A stretch of DNA of 64,000 bases. Origin: an uncultured delta proteobacterium. GTDB taxonomy: Bacteria > Desulfobacterota > WTBG01 > CAIYCZ01. Position numbers and translations under genes: made by a program. The notes under the pieces are model-generated. The model worked only from the letters and a program-made list of their open reading frames with translations, did no database searches and was not told the origin of the DNA. The stretch covers positions 319,919-383,918 of the forward strand of contig CAWDOY010000003.1 in NCBI GenBank assembly GCA_963803975.1. The letters run 5' to 3'. How positions within the stretch are numbered: position 1 is the stretch's first letter; the number at the start of each line of letters is the position of its first letter. Shown here one piece after another: positions 9,604-19,152 of this stretch.

Positions 9604-11283
9604 TAATTTCCGTATTCCTATTTTCATCGGCAGATAGAAAACAAGGACATTTATCGCTGCCACAGCAGCAAACGAGATAATAATTTTTATCCACTGTATT
9701 GGCTGCAGGCTCGCCCTTCGCAGCTGAGCCATAAGCACCATATATACGGGACCTGCCTCTAATACAATAACAATCCCGATAAAGACTATGGCGAGTATCA
9801 TGTAAATCAGCCCGCCGAACCCGGTCGGTATCTGCGCCTTGTTCTCCACGTCAAACCGCGGGTATACCGCGCCGCAGCCAATGCTTAAGCTGGTTATGCC
9901 GAAGGTCATAAGCGCTATGGTGACAATAGACACCAGCATCATAAAGCTGCCGACCCGCAGCAGGTAGTTGGAGCAGATGATCAGGCTTTCGGCAAGCACC
10001 AGCAGGAACACAAAATTGAGCCAGAACTTGCACCACATAAACCGCCGCAGGTCCAGCGGTGCTGCTTTTATTATCCAGAACGACTCACCCTCAATGCTTA
10101 TCGCCGGGAAGGCGAAACGCACTGCCACCGCTGCCAGCGTAAATCCGGCGAGCCCGAGGTTCAGAAACGAGATAAAATTCTGCAGATAGATGGTTGGAAA
10201 CGGGCTTTTCTCCAGGGGCAGCACGCTGAAATTATATAAATATATGAAGATAATGGCTGAAAGCACTAAAAGCTGCGACCACTGGGATGAATCGCGCATA
10301 AAGCAGTACAGGTCTTTTGTGACTACTGCCCGGGATGACGCCGTGAGCTTTGTCAGCGTACGATCCAGCATACGCTTTACCACGGTATGCCTGGTCAACT
10401 TGGCTGAACTCGCCTCCTGAGACTTGGTCCATGCCGCAAAATAAAACTTTTCGAACAATCGCTGCAGCAGCACCATACCGGCGAGCCCGGTGCTCCACAG
10501 CAGCAGCAGATTGAATAGAGCGCCATCATGCCCGCGGAAGAGCAATGCCGCGACTGCATCCGTTGCCCACTGGCTGGGCAGGAACGCCGATGTCGGCGCT
10601 TCCATGGAAGCAAAATATTCCACTACCGTACGGAAGGACTCAGGGTCAACCAGCTTTTCAGGCTGCACATAACGGAACAGGCAATAGAGGGCTATGCCCA
10701 GGATAAGAGACAGGAGAATCATAATATCTTTGATTCTTTTTGCCGGGAATACCATCGTAAGGCCCAGCGCAATCCCTGTTCCGAGCACCGCGCCGATAAT
10801 AATAAACGGGAGCATCGTTCCTATGAGCGCTAAATAGTACGGGAAATGCTGTTTATAGGCAATGCCGTAGGAGAGAAACACCGGCAGGCTGAACAGCAGA
10901 ACCATCCAGGAGCTGTTGACCATGGTTTCCAGCAATTTTGTGAAATAGAGGCTTGCGCCATCAACAGGAGATGAAATGATGAGCTGCAGCTCTTCAGACA
11001 TAAAAAACGCTGACAAAGCGGTGATGATGTTACTGAAGATGAGGAGGGATAAAAATGTGATGAAGACCATGGAAAGAAGCTTGGCAGCAAGGATATCACC
11101 GAGCGCCTCGATTCCTTTAAGATATACCAGGACCCGGTAGAAGACAGCAAATATTCCTGCCCAGAAGCACAGCCCCAGAGTTATGCCCAGAGTCAGTTTG
11201 ATTATAACACTGCGGTCTTGAATGCTGAGCCTGTTTTTGAACCCGATAATTTTAGGGTAGAGCAAACACACGACCTGGTTCAT
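9583..11283 (-). CDS. Putative ABC exporter permease (large multi-TM)
   Basis: Many TM helices, KD..F.RD and S.EGE..WII motifs; adjacent to ABC ATPase. Confidence 0.8.
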   Translation of the reverse strand: MNQVVCLLYPKIIGFKNRLSIQDRSVIIKLTLGITLGLCFWAGIFAVFYRVLVYLKGIEALGDILAAKLLSMVFITFLSLLIFSNIITALSAFFMSEELQLIISSPVDGASLYFTKLLETMVNSSWMVLLFSLPVFLSYGIAYKQHFPYYLALIGTMLPFIIIGAVLGTGIALGLTMVFPAKRIKDIMILLSLILGIALYCLFRYVQPEKLVDPESFRTVVEYFASMEAPTSAFLPSQWATDAVAALLFRGHDGALFNLLLLWSTGLAGMVLLQRLFEKFYFAAWTKSQEASSAKLTRHTVVKRMLDRTLTKLTASSRAVVTKDLYCFMRDSSQWSQLLVLSAIIFIYLYNFSVLPLEKSPFPTIYLQNFISFLNLGLAGFTLAAVAVRFAFPAISIEGESFWIIKAAPLDLRRFMWCKFWLNFVFLLVLAESLIICSNYLLRVGSFMMLVSIVTIALMTFGITSLSIGCGAVYPRFDVENKAQIPTGFGGLIYMILAIVFIGIVIVLEAGPVYMVLMAQLRRASLQPIQWIKIIISFAAVAAINVLVFYLPMKIGIRKLSALEKF

Positions 11284-11284
11284 T

Positions 11285-12043
11285 TCATGGCCTCAGCGTT
11301 TCTACCAGCTCTCCCAGTTCCTCTGCGCCGGTGAGTTTGAAAAATATTTCTTCAAGCCGTTTTCCCACGGCGCCGGACATCTCCCGCAGCTCTTTCACGT
11401 TTCCCACGGCAATTAATCTGCCGTCCTGTATTATGCCGATACGGTCACACATCTCCTCAGCAATTTCAAGCGTGTGCGTTGACATAAAGACCGTAACGCC
11501 GGCCTCGCACAGGCCCCTGAAAATTCGTTTCACCAGCTTTACGCCGGCCGGGTCAAGCCCTACCATGGGCTCGTCTACAATGAGCACCCGGGGCTTGTGG
11601 ATGAGAGCTGACGCCATGACCAGGCGCTGCTTCATCCCGTGGGAAAACCCCTCTATAAGCTCGTCTCCCCAGGGAGTAAGGTTAAACAGTTCCAGAAGCT
11701 GCGCGATGCGCCCCTCAGTGTCTTCTGGCGGCACATGGTAGAGTCCGCTGATAAACCGCAAAAATTCCTGAGCCGTGAGCTTTCCGTAGAGATAGGGACG
11801 GTCCGGTATAAATCCGGTAATCTGCTTTGCTTCAACCGGGTTGCGGGCAATATCCCATGAGTCAATGACAGCAGCGCCTGAAGATGGCTGTATCAGTCCG
11901 GCCATTATTCTGATGGTTGTGGTCTTACCCGCCCCATTGGGGCCAAGAAATCCGAACAGCTCTCCCGGCGCGACTTCCAGGCACACATCATTGACGGCAA
12001 CGAGCGCGTTGAAACTCTTGGTGAGATGACTGAGCTTAATCAT
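11285..12043 (-). CDS. ABC transporter ATP-binding protein
   Basis: GPNGAGKTT, FSHGMKQR, IVDEP, STH. Confidence 0.95.
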   Translation of the reverse strand: MIKLSHLTKSFNALVAVNDVCLEVAPGELFGFLGPNGAGKTTTIRIMAGLIQPSSGAAVIDSWDIARNPVEAKQITGFIPDRPYLYGKLTAQEFLRFISGLYHVPPEDTEGRIAQLLELFNLTPWGDELIEGFSHGMKQRLVMASALIHKPRVLIVDEPMVGLDPAGVKLVKRIFRGLCEAGVTVFMSTHTLEIAEEMCDRIGIIQDGRLIAVGNVKELREMSGAVGKRLEEIFFKLTGAEELGELVETLRP

Positions 12044-13503
12044 GAAGACTCCAGAACATCTATTGCCATCCTGTTGACAATTTTCAATAAAGCTACCTGC
12101 TGCTCAATGCCGCCCTGCACAAAGGTAACGTGGGTGACGTCCGCGGGGAACTGGTTCATGGTGGGATCGATGCTGATCCACTTTCCAAGGTATATTTCGT
12201 TCCAGGCATGGTAGTAAAAGCTGCCGTTGAGGTAGACAATGCCGGCACAGACGCGGGCAGGAATTCCCGCTGCCCGGCTGAGCGCTGCAAACAGTATTGC
12301 GTGCTCGTTGCAGTCTCCCCTTCTGGTGCGCAGTACTTCCACGGCACTGGGGATGCTCATGGTGGGTATTTTTTCAATGGCAGTCTGCATCCATTGACGT
12401 ATCTTTACTGCTGCTGACTGAGCATCCCGGTCATTGCCAATAATGTGCCGCGCTGTCTCTATGATGCTTTTATCGTCGCTCTGAATAAATGGTGTCGCTT
12501 CCAGGTACTCCCGGAAACTGCTGTCCCTGCAAGGAATCTGGTATGAATCCGTGGGCACTATTTTTTCAAGCGTTATTGCAACCACGTCACCAGTTCTTTT
12601 CTGCCGCCCGCCATCAAGGTCAAAGCCATCCAGAGAAACATTCCTCAAGCGCAGCCGCAGACAGGATATATTTTTACTGACAATAGGAACTGCTGTCTTA
12701 ATGCCAGTGGCAGCCACTATATCTACCTTTTGGTCCTCCCCGATTCCTGCTGTGGCCAGCTCCCGCGGCTCTTTTAAAAGAACAAAGCCCATGGGGCTCT
12801 CTTCTTTTACTGTTTCACCCTGCTGGTTAATCCAGGCGTTAACCGTGATGCCGCTAAAAGTTTCTTTTATGCGAAAGCAAAGCTGCTTCTGACCTCTTAC
12901 GGAAATCTCTTCCAGCTTCTCCACCACCATGTGAACCGTTCTGTTGCTCATGGTAAGCGGGTCAAAAATAGTCCTCTGCATGGTGGCCCCCGGAGACAGG
13001 CCGGAGCGGGCCATGGCGAATCTCATGCTTCCTGAAAGAGCCGGCACATCAGGCAAATTCAACGTCTTCTCCCGGGCAGTCCCGCCGGAGATGATTTTCA
13101 ATTGGACCGTTCTTCCGCTCACCATACCGCTGGCGCTGAAGGTAATAATTCCCGAGGTGAGGGTGTAGTTGAATTTCCGGAGCAGCAGGTTATTATCAGT
13201 TTCCGCAGAGAGCGAAGAAATGATCCGCTGCGGGACATCCAGCATGACCAGATTCATAACCGCGTTTTCCGTGAAATAATAACCGGAATTTATTTTCTCA
13301 CGTTTTGAAGAGGCATAGCCTGCCTTGTTTTCCTTGAAATATATGCCTGACCACTCCTCTCCGCTATCAAGCCCCTGACTGGTCACTGCCGGTACGGGTA
13401 TTGTTTTCGACGGAGCAAAGCAGCTTTTCTGTATGAGCAGCCCCATCATTATGACCCATATAATCAGTATCAAGCTTCCCGCGATTTCAGTTCTTTTCTT
13501 CAT
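12040..13503 (-). CDS. Membrane-anchored transglutaminase-like protein
   Basis: N-terminal TM; GDCNEH, YHAWNE and IDPT give the Cys-His-Asp triad. Confidence 0.9.
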   Translation of the reverse strand: MKKRTEIAGSLILIIWVIMMGLLIQKSCFAPSKTIPVPAVTSQGLDSGEEWSGIYFKENKAGYASSKREKINSGYYFTENAVMNLVMLDVPQRIISSLSAETDNNLLLRKFNYTLTSGIITFSASGMVSGRTVQLKIISGGTAREKTLNLPDVPALSGSMRFAMARSGLSPGATMQRTIFDPLTMSNRTVHMVVEKLEEISVRGQKQLCFRIKETFSGITVNAWINQQGETVKEESPMGFVLLKEPRELATAGIGEDQKVDIVAATGIKTAVPIVSKNISCLRLRLRNVSLDGFDLDGGRQKRTGDVVAITLEKIVPTDSYQIPCRDSSFREYLEATPFIQSDDKSIIETARHIIGNDRDAQSAAVKIRQWMQTAIEKIPTMSIPSAVEVLRTRRGDCNEHAILFAALSRAAGIPARVCAGIVYLNGSFYYHAWNEIYLGKWISIDPTMNQFPADVTHVTFVQGGIEQQVALLKIVNRMAIDVLESS

Positions 13504-13510
13504 AGATAAG

Positions 13511-13545
13511 AAAAAAGCCCTGTTGCGTGCGCATACAAGGCTCTT
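13511..13545 (-). terminator. Intrinsic terminator after IHF gene
   Basis: Minus strand AGCCTTGT...ACAGGGCT followed by T run. Confidence 0.6.
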
Positions 13546-13582
13546 CCGATATTCTTAAACATTTTATATAATGCTCTGACAG

Positions 13583-13888
13583 TTATTCAGAGCTCGTCGT
13601 CTTCTGATCCAGCTTGCTATTTACCCGCTCGCGCAGTTCTTTTCCCACTTTAAAAAACGGGCGGCGTTTGGGGGTAATGGTTATCTCGTTGCCGGTGCGG
13701 GGGTGATTCCCCAGTCTTCCATCATAATTTCTGACCTTAAAACTGCCAAAGCCCCTGATCTCTATGCCATCATCCTTTTTGAGGGCTTCAATCATGCTGT
13801 CAAACACGGACCTGACTGCAATTTCCGCGATCTTAGGCAGAATGTTTGCCTGTTCCGAAAGTTTCTGTATTAGCTCTGATTTAACCAT
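13583..13888 (-). CDS. ihfB: Integration host factor subunit (beta-like)
   Basis: MVKSELI start with GGAG RBS; IEIRGFGSF, PRTG, PFFKVGKELRERVN. Confidence 0.8.
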   Translation of the reverse strand: MVKSELIQKLSEQANILPKIAEIAVRSVFDSMIEALKKDDGIEIRGFGSFKVRNYDGRLGNHPRTGNEITITPKRRPFFKVGKELRERVNSKLDQKTTSSE

Positions 13889-13933
13889 ACGGTGCTCCAC
13901 GCGATTGGTAAGTTTGGATTTTATCTTGGTGTT

Positions 13934-13962
13934 TTTATAGCGTATAGATAAAATGTTGTCAA
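13934..13962 (-). promoter_or_regulatory. sigma70 promoter for IHF gene
   Basis: TTGACA-N17-TATAAA on the minus strand. Confidence 0.65.
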
Positions 13963-14011
13963 TTAAAATGTCTGAGCACACGGGTGCTGCAGGCTTCTGA
14001 TGAACAGAACC

Positions 14012-14209
14012 TTACGGCGATGTTTCTTCATCCGGTAAGCTGTTCTCACTATCATCTTCTTCAGCAGCTATGCTGTACGCTCCGTCAAGCCACGCCCCTA
14101 AATCAAGCAGCTTGCATCGCTCTGAACAGAATGGACGGTAGGGGTTAGCTTCCGAATAAACAATTACCTTTTTACAGGCCGGGCACTTACTTTTTATAGC
14201 GGCGCACAT
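14012..14209 (-). CDS. yacG: DNA gyrase inhibitor YacG
   Basis: CPAC...YRPFCSERCKLLDLGAW. Confidence 0.93.
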   Translation of the reverse strand: MCAAIKSKCPACKKVIVYSEANPYRPFCSERCKLLDLGAWLDGAYSIAAEEDDSENSLPDEETSP

Positions 14210-14230
14210 AGCATTACTAATGTTGGAATA

Positions 14231-14323
14231 TGGCGGAAGGAGAGGGATTCGAACCCTCGATACCGTTCAACACGGTATAACGGTTTTCGAGACCGCCGCC
14301 TTCAACCGCTCGGCCATCCTTCC
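14231..14323 (-). tRNA. tRNA-Ser(CGA)
   Basis: GGAAGGATGGCCGAGCGG... anticodon loop CT-CGA-AA, long variable arm, GGTTCGAATCC, encoded CCA. Confidence 0.97.
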
Positions 14324-14451
14324 ACAGCTGTTCAGGTATTAAAATTTATATATCTGAAGTGTCACGGTAAGTCAACCGGCATCGGCCGCATAGCACGGTC
14401 ATTGCACGACTCAAATCCTCAGGTTCGGTTCTATCTAGCAATAACAACGGG

Positions 14452-14488
14452 CCCTTGACCCCTTGAACCCTCGACCCCTCGAACCCTT
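14452..14488. repeat. Tandem octamer CCCTYGAM x4.5
   Basis: CCCTTGAC CCCTTGAA CCCTCGAC CCCTCGAA CCCTT. Confidence 0.8.
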
Positions 14489-14495
14489 CTTTTTT

Positions 14496-15374
14496 TCACA
14501 GTGCCCGATAAAATTCCGGTGTGAGCAATCTGCTGTCATTCTTCTTCAGCACCAAATCAATTTCCTGAAGGGCGCTGTCCCTGCCCTGGGGAAGACGGAC
14601 TCTTAGCGGCAGGTAATTTGATGCATGATTGGAATAAAAAATACAATTTTCAAGCTGTGACTCTTCAAGCATCATGCGCAGTTCAGAAATGAGCTCAAAA
14701 GGCTCCGGCAGCTGAAATGTGCCGTTTATCATGGACTGATACAGTGGTGTGCCTTCAACAATCATCAGGGTAAGCGCACCGATGTGCTGGGGTTTCATCC
14801 GGTTCAGCACGCGCATGGTTTCCCGGGCGTGCTGTTCACTTCGCTCTGTTCCGCCTAAACCAAGAATAACAGTTACGGAAAGCTTGATGCCGGCGTCCCG
14901 CACTTTCTGCGCGGCCTCTACCATCTGTTCAGCAATAACCCCTTTCTTTATCCGCTCAAGGGTAACGGGGTCTCCTGATTCCAGCCCCATATAAATAATG
15001 CCCAGCTTCTGCTCTCGCAGCTCATTCAGTTCCGTGGGCGATTTCTTCAGAATGCTGCCGGCATTGGCATATATGCCGATACGCAGCAATTTACTGAACC
15101 GCTCATTAATTCTTTCAACGATGGGCAGCAAGGTATGCTGGGGGATTATGAGCGGGTCACCGTCACAAAGAAAAACTCTGCGCGTCTCATCAGCGCTTGC
15201 CAGGGCTGCTGCGTCTATATCCCGGTACACTTCTGCAATCGGCTTAATTCTGAATTTCTTTGCTTTATATGCCGGGCAGAACGTGCAGGCATTGTGTGAG
15301 CAGCCGACAGCAATCTGCAGAATGAGGCTGTTTGCTTCACTGGGCGGACGTATTATCAGACCTTCGTAATTCAC
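14496..15374 (-). CDS. Radical SAM protein
   Basis: CSHNACTFC (CxxxCxxC), GLESGD; likely GTG start MNYEG. Confidence 0.9.
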   Translation of the reverse strand: MNYEGLIIRPPSEANSLILQIAVGCSHNACTFCPAYKAKKFRIKPIAEVYRDIDAAALASADETRRVFLCDGDPLIIPQHTLLPIVERINERFSKLLRIGIYANAGSILKKSPTELNELREQKLGIIYMGLESGDPVTLERIKKGVIAEQMVEAAQKVRDAGIKLSVTVILGLGGTERSEQHARETMRVLNRMKPQHIGALTLMIVEGTPLYQSMINGTFQLPEPFELISELRMMLEESQLENCIFYSNHASNYLPLRVRLPQGRDSALQEIDLVLKKNDSRLLTPEFYRAL

Positions 15375-15443
15375 AGTGCGGCCGGAGATTTTATTATTTC
15401 TACCTAACCCGGACAAGCCGGAACCAAATACTCTTTATGTATG

Positions 15444-15512
15444 GCCACAGAAAACACAGAATACCACTGAAGGTAAAAATCTCTTTCCGTGAAATCTGTG
15501 TAGTTCTGTGGC
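15444..15512. repeat. Palindromic CACAGA-unit element
   Basis: GCCACAGAA...TTCTGTGGC ends, with CACAGA/TCTGTG units at 9-10 nt period. Confidence 0.65.
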
Positions 15513-15539
15513 AGATATTTTATCTTAATCGCCTGAGAA

Positions 15540-16861
15540 TTACAGACGCTCTTTAACCTTATGCACCAGATCATTTTGCGCTATTATTTCCTGCTGACCC
15601 AAGCTGCATGTTGCGCAGAGCAACCGTGCCGTTTTTAAACTCATCAGACCCCAGGATAACAACCAGGGGAATTGATTTGTTTGACGCATAGGTGAGCTGC
15701 TTTTTAAGCTTGTCCGCTTCAAAATAGATTTCCGTGTTTATTCCTGCATCACGAAGCATTTTTGCTATGCGCACCGTCTCGCCCAGCAATGATTTATCAA
15801 ACAGGGCTACCAGCACCTGCGTTTTACTCTGGCGGGTATCCTGGCCTGCCATTTCCTCAAGCACCGCGATCAACCGCTCAAGGCCGAAGGAAGTTCCTGT
15901 AGCTGGATATGGTGTCTTGCAAAACATGCCGATGAGGTTATCATAGCGGCCGCCGCCGGTAATGCTGCCGACTCTGGGCGTCTCAACGCGGGTTTCAAAA
16001 ACCGGGCCGGTATAATAATCCAGGCCCCGGGCCAGCGACAGATCAAAGCAGTAGCAGTGCTCAGGGATGTCCTGTGCTTCGAGAGCTTCCCGGATAATCA
16101 TGAGCTCTGACACGCCCTGCTCTCCTCCAGCCGTCCCCTGTATCAGGCTGCCTGATCTTCTCCAGAAAGGCCTTATGATTATCACTGGTTCCCGCTTCTT
16201 CAATAATGGCAAAGGCGCGTTCAATACTGCTGGCAGAGATACCCTTTTCTTTCAGCTCGCCGGACACCGTTTCCTTTCCCACCTTATCCAGCTTGTCAAG
16301 CGAGCGCAGAAAGGTGGTGACCTCATTGTCCCTGATGCCGGCACTCACAGCAATGGCATTCAGAAGTTTTCTGTGATTTATGTGTATGGTGAAATTGGTA
16401 ATACCAAGCTTCGTCAAAACAGCATACATAATACTCATAAGCTCTGCATCGGCAAGGACGCTTGACGTGCCGATAATATCAATATCACACTGGTAAAACT
16501 CCCTGAACCTGCCCTTCTGCGGCTTGTCAGCTCTCCATACCGGGGCTATCTGGTAGCACTTGAAAGGCTTTACCAGCTCGGGATACATGGAGATGACGCG
16601 GCACAGGGGGATCGTAAGGTCATAGCGCAGCGCAACTGCCCTGCCGCCCCGGTCCAGAAATTTATAAATCAGCCGATCGCCTTCCTCCCCGTATTTTCCC
16701 TCAAGGGTTTCAGCATATTCCAGACAGGGTGTCTCCAGGGGAACAAAACCATAGGTCTCAAATATGGAGCGAATATGATCAATAATCTGCTGGCGAATGA
16801 TCTTTTTTTCCGGCAGGAAGTCTCTGAATCCTTTTGGAATTTGTGGCGTTATCATGGGCAT
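15540..16861 (-). CDS. hisS: Histidine--tRNA ligase (apparent frameshifts near 16160 and 15597)
   Basis: PKGFRDF, LRYDLT, GRFREFYQCD, LARGLDYYTG, GGGRYD; anticodon-binding domain finishes in a third frame (GQQEII...ERL). Confidence 0.95.
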
Positions 16862-16901
16862 ATGCTCCGGGCTCTATACATACACAGGGTGATTATGCTT
16901 T

Positions 16902-18557
16902 TCATGCAAGCAAAGAAACATCATTCGGGTCAATAATAAGGTGGTCTTTTTTATCCCGTATAACCGTGTTGGATTCAAAATAGGAAAACCCCTCTTTAAT
17001 CAGTCTCAAACAAAACGGATTATTTTCCGGCAGCAGGTCCGCTGCTGCAAGGGAAAGCGCAGCACAGAAGGCAATACGCGCTTCTTCCTCTTCTCCCTGT
17101 TTAAAATAGAGATAGGCCATTTCTTCAAGGCGTCGTTTGAAAAGCGCCTTTCGGTGATCATCAAAGAAACGGGCCGCAGTTTCATGGTGCTGCGCGTTCA
17201 ACCGCTCTTCGATCTGATGCTGATTGAGAACCAGCGGGCTGTTTTTAGCATTTTTGTATTTATTCCAGCCCTCTTTTGCTTCATCGCTTTCAATGAACCA
17301 GACAATAAGTTCAATGCGTTTCAATAAGGTATCAGTCTTTTGCAGCAGTGACAGCTGGCCCCTGATCTTTTGCGCATCTAAACATGCATAAATGATGGGC
17401 TGCCTCTGCGTCTTCAGCTGCTCAGCAAAAACGTTTCTCCACTGAGCAAGACTCCCTGACACGACTGTTCCAGCGCTTTCGTTTATGGTGTGCGCCTCTT
17501 CCACCAGAAAACAGGCATTTTCCGGCACTGTTTCGAAAAACAGTATTTTTTCATCAGAAGTAATTTTGGCGATAAACTGTTCGGCTTCTTTTCTGAATAC
17601 CGTGACCGAAGTGATCTCCTTGACACCCTGCTGGTCGCTCAGGAAATATTTCAAACACCCTGCTTTCATAGGTCGTTATAGGTTTTATCATGAATATGAT
17701 GCGGTCACCGATCCCGTCTATAAAAGATATAAAGGCAGCGGGATTCAGGCAGCGTTATTTTTTTAAATACCGCCTCCTTCACGGTCAGCTTTGGCTCGTA
17801 GTCCATCAACGTCGATACCTTTTTGCCTGAGGACGTGGATACACTTTTTAATGGTTTTTAAATAATCCTTCTCCCGGGTCTTTTCATACAGGTGTTTCAA
17901 TATTTCGAGAGCTGTCGGTGTTGAAAGGCTGCCGATAAACAGTGATGCCTTTTGCGACCATACCGTATCTTTTGCTAATATCTTTAACAGCAGGGGAATT
18001 ATTTCAATCCCGGCCTCATCGATAAGCTGGATGGCAATTCCCTCCTTTTCCTGATCAGTGCGCTGTATAAAGTCATCGATCGTGCGCTCAACCGCTGTAT
18101 CATGCAAGGCATCCTTGGTAAGGATGTGCTGCTTCAGCCGTTGACACAGAGAGTCAAGATCCAGAAGCAAGCTGGCAAGTCCCGCCGGAACCATAGCGTC
18201 ACATTTGTTGAATACGTCAAGTATCATAGTTCCAATCCGCGGCCAGAATGCTTCCCGGGCAATAAATTCCTGAAGAAATTGCAGGTGTTCTATGCCGGTC
18301 CAGTATCTGAGGAATTGCACCATTACTTCTTTTTCGTGCGGTGCAGCCTTGAGAAACCGCCGGCTGATATGTGCAAAACCCTTGTCATCAAGTGCTTTTA
18401 TGGCTGCGGCTTTCTGTGCATAAAAAGAATCAAGCTGCGATCCCCGTGTTGCTGCACTGATTATTTCATCAAGGATGCCATTGACCTTCTTTTTAACATC
18501 ATCCGCCGCAGGTTCTGGAGCCATACTCTGCGGCTTTTTGTCTTTTCGTGTCCCCAT
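16902..18557 (-). CDS. Conserved helical hypothetical protein (~550 aa) split by several frameshifts
   Basis: ORFs 17763-18557 and 16902-17669 are bridged by in-gap segments such as AFISFIDGIGDRIIFMIKP. Confidence 0.65.
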
Positions 18558-18729
18558 TATCTTATCCTCTTGCTGTTTCCATCGGAACCAATGTAAAAAG
18601 TATATGGAATAAGTCCATAGAAGTCAAAGGCAAAGTGTTTATCATGAGCTGCTGGCAGCATTAGGGCGTTGTTTATGAAGACAATTCTCAGATACCTGTC
18701 TACTCTCAGCTTAAGAGCATGAGTTAAAA

Positions 18730-18758
18730 TTGTCTTGACTGTCAGTGAATTTTAGAAT
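18730..18758 (+). promoter_or_regulatory. Candidate sigma70 promoter for tRNA-Gln/Glu
   Basis: TTGTCT-N17-TAGAAT. Confidence 0.45.
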
Positions 18759-18808
18759 AATTTTATATTTTGAATAGTTGGACGAATTGGTAATGGAGGG
18801 AAAAGTAC

Positions 18809-18882
18809 TGGGGGATCGTCCAATGGCAGGACACCAGACTCTGGATCTGGCTATCTAGGTTCGAATCCTGGTCCCCCAGCCA
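18809..18882 (+). tRNA. tRNA-Gln(CTG)
   Basis: TGGGGGATCGTCCAATGG... loop CT-CTG-GA, GTTCGAATCC, CCA. Confidence 0.97.
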
Positions 18883-18899
18883 TTGCATACATGTCATAA

Positions 18900-18975
18900 G
18901 GTCCCATCGTCTAGTGGCCTAGGACGTTGGCCTCTCACGCCGAAAACACGGGTTCGACTCCCGTTGGGACCACCA
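18900..18975 (+). tRNA. tRNA-Glu(CTC)
   Basis: GGTCCCATCGTCTAGTGG... loop CT-CTC-AC, GTTCGACTCC, CCA. Confidence 0.97.
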
Positions 18976-19080
18976 GTAACACACATTAAAAAGGTTAGCG
19001 CTGAATCATATCAGTGCTAACCTTTTTAATATAAAATCTGCATCACATCGAAGGTGTTTCTTCAGCTTAGCCCATCGCAA
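18966..19080 (+). repeat. ~115 bp direct repeat, copy 1 (tRNA 3' end + terminator + GGDEF 3'-end copy)
   Basis: Aligns with 21474-21590. Confidence 0.9.
18985..19030. terminator. Bidirectional intrinsic terminator
   Basis: ATTAAAAAGGTTAGC...GCTAACCTTTTTAAT. Confidence 0.85.
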
Positions 19081-19152
19081 ATCGTATTTCTAATTTATCT
19101 TGCCAAAAAAACACGAAATTACCACTAAGGGACTTAGAGGCTGCCTCCTCGG

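Noticed and set aside
15540..16861. hisS, tsaC and lptD as pseudogenes or programmed frameshifts
   Set aside because: These are essential genes with intact motifs and no shared slippery signal; assembly error is more parsimonious
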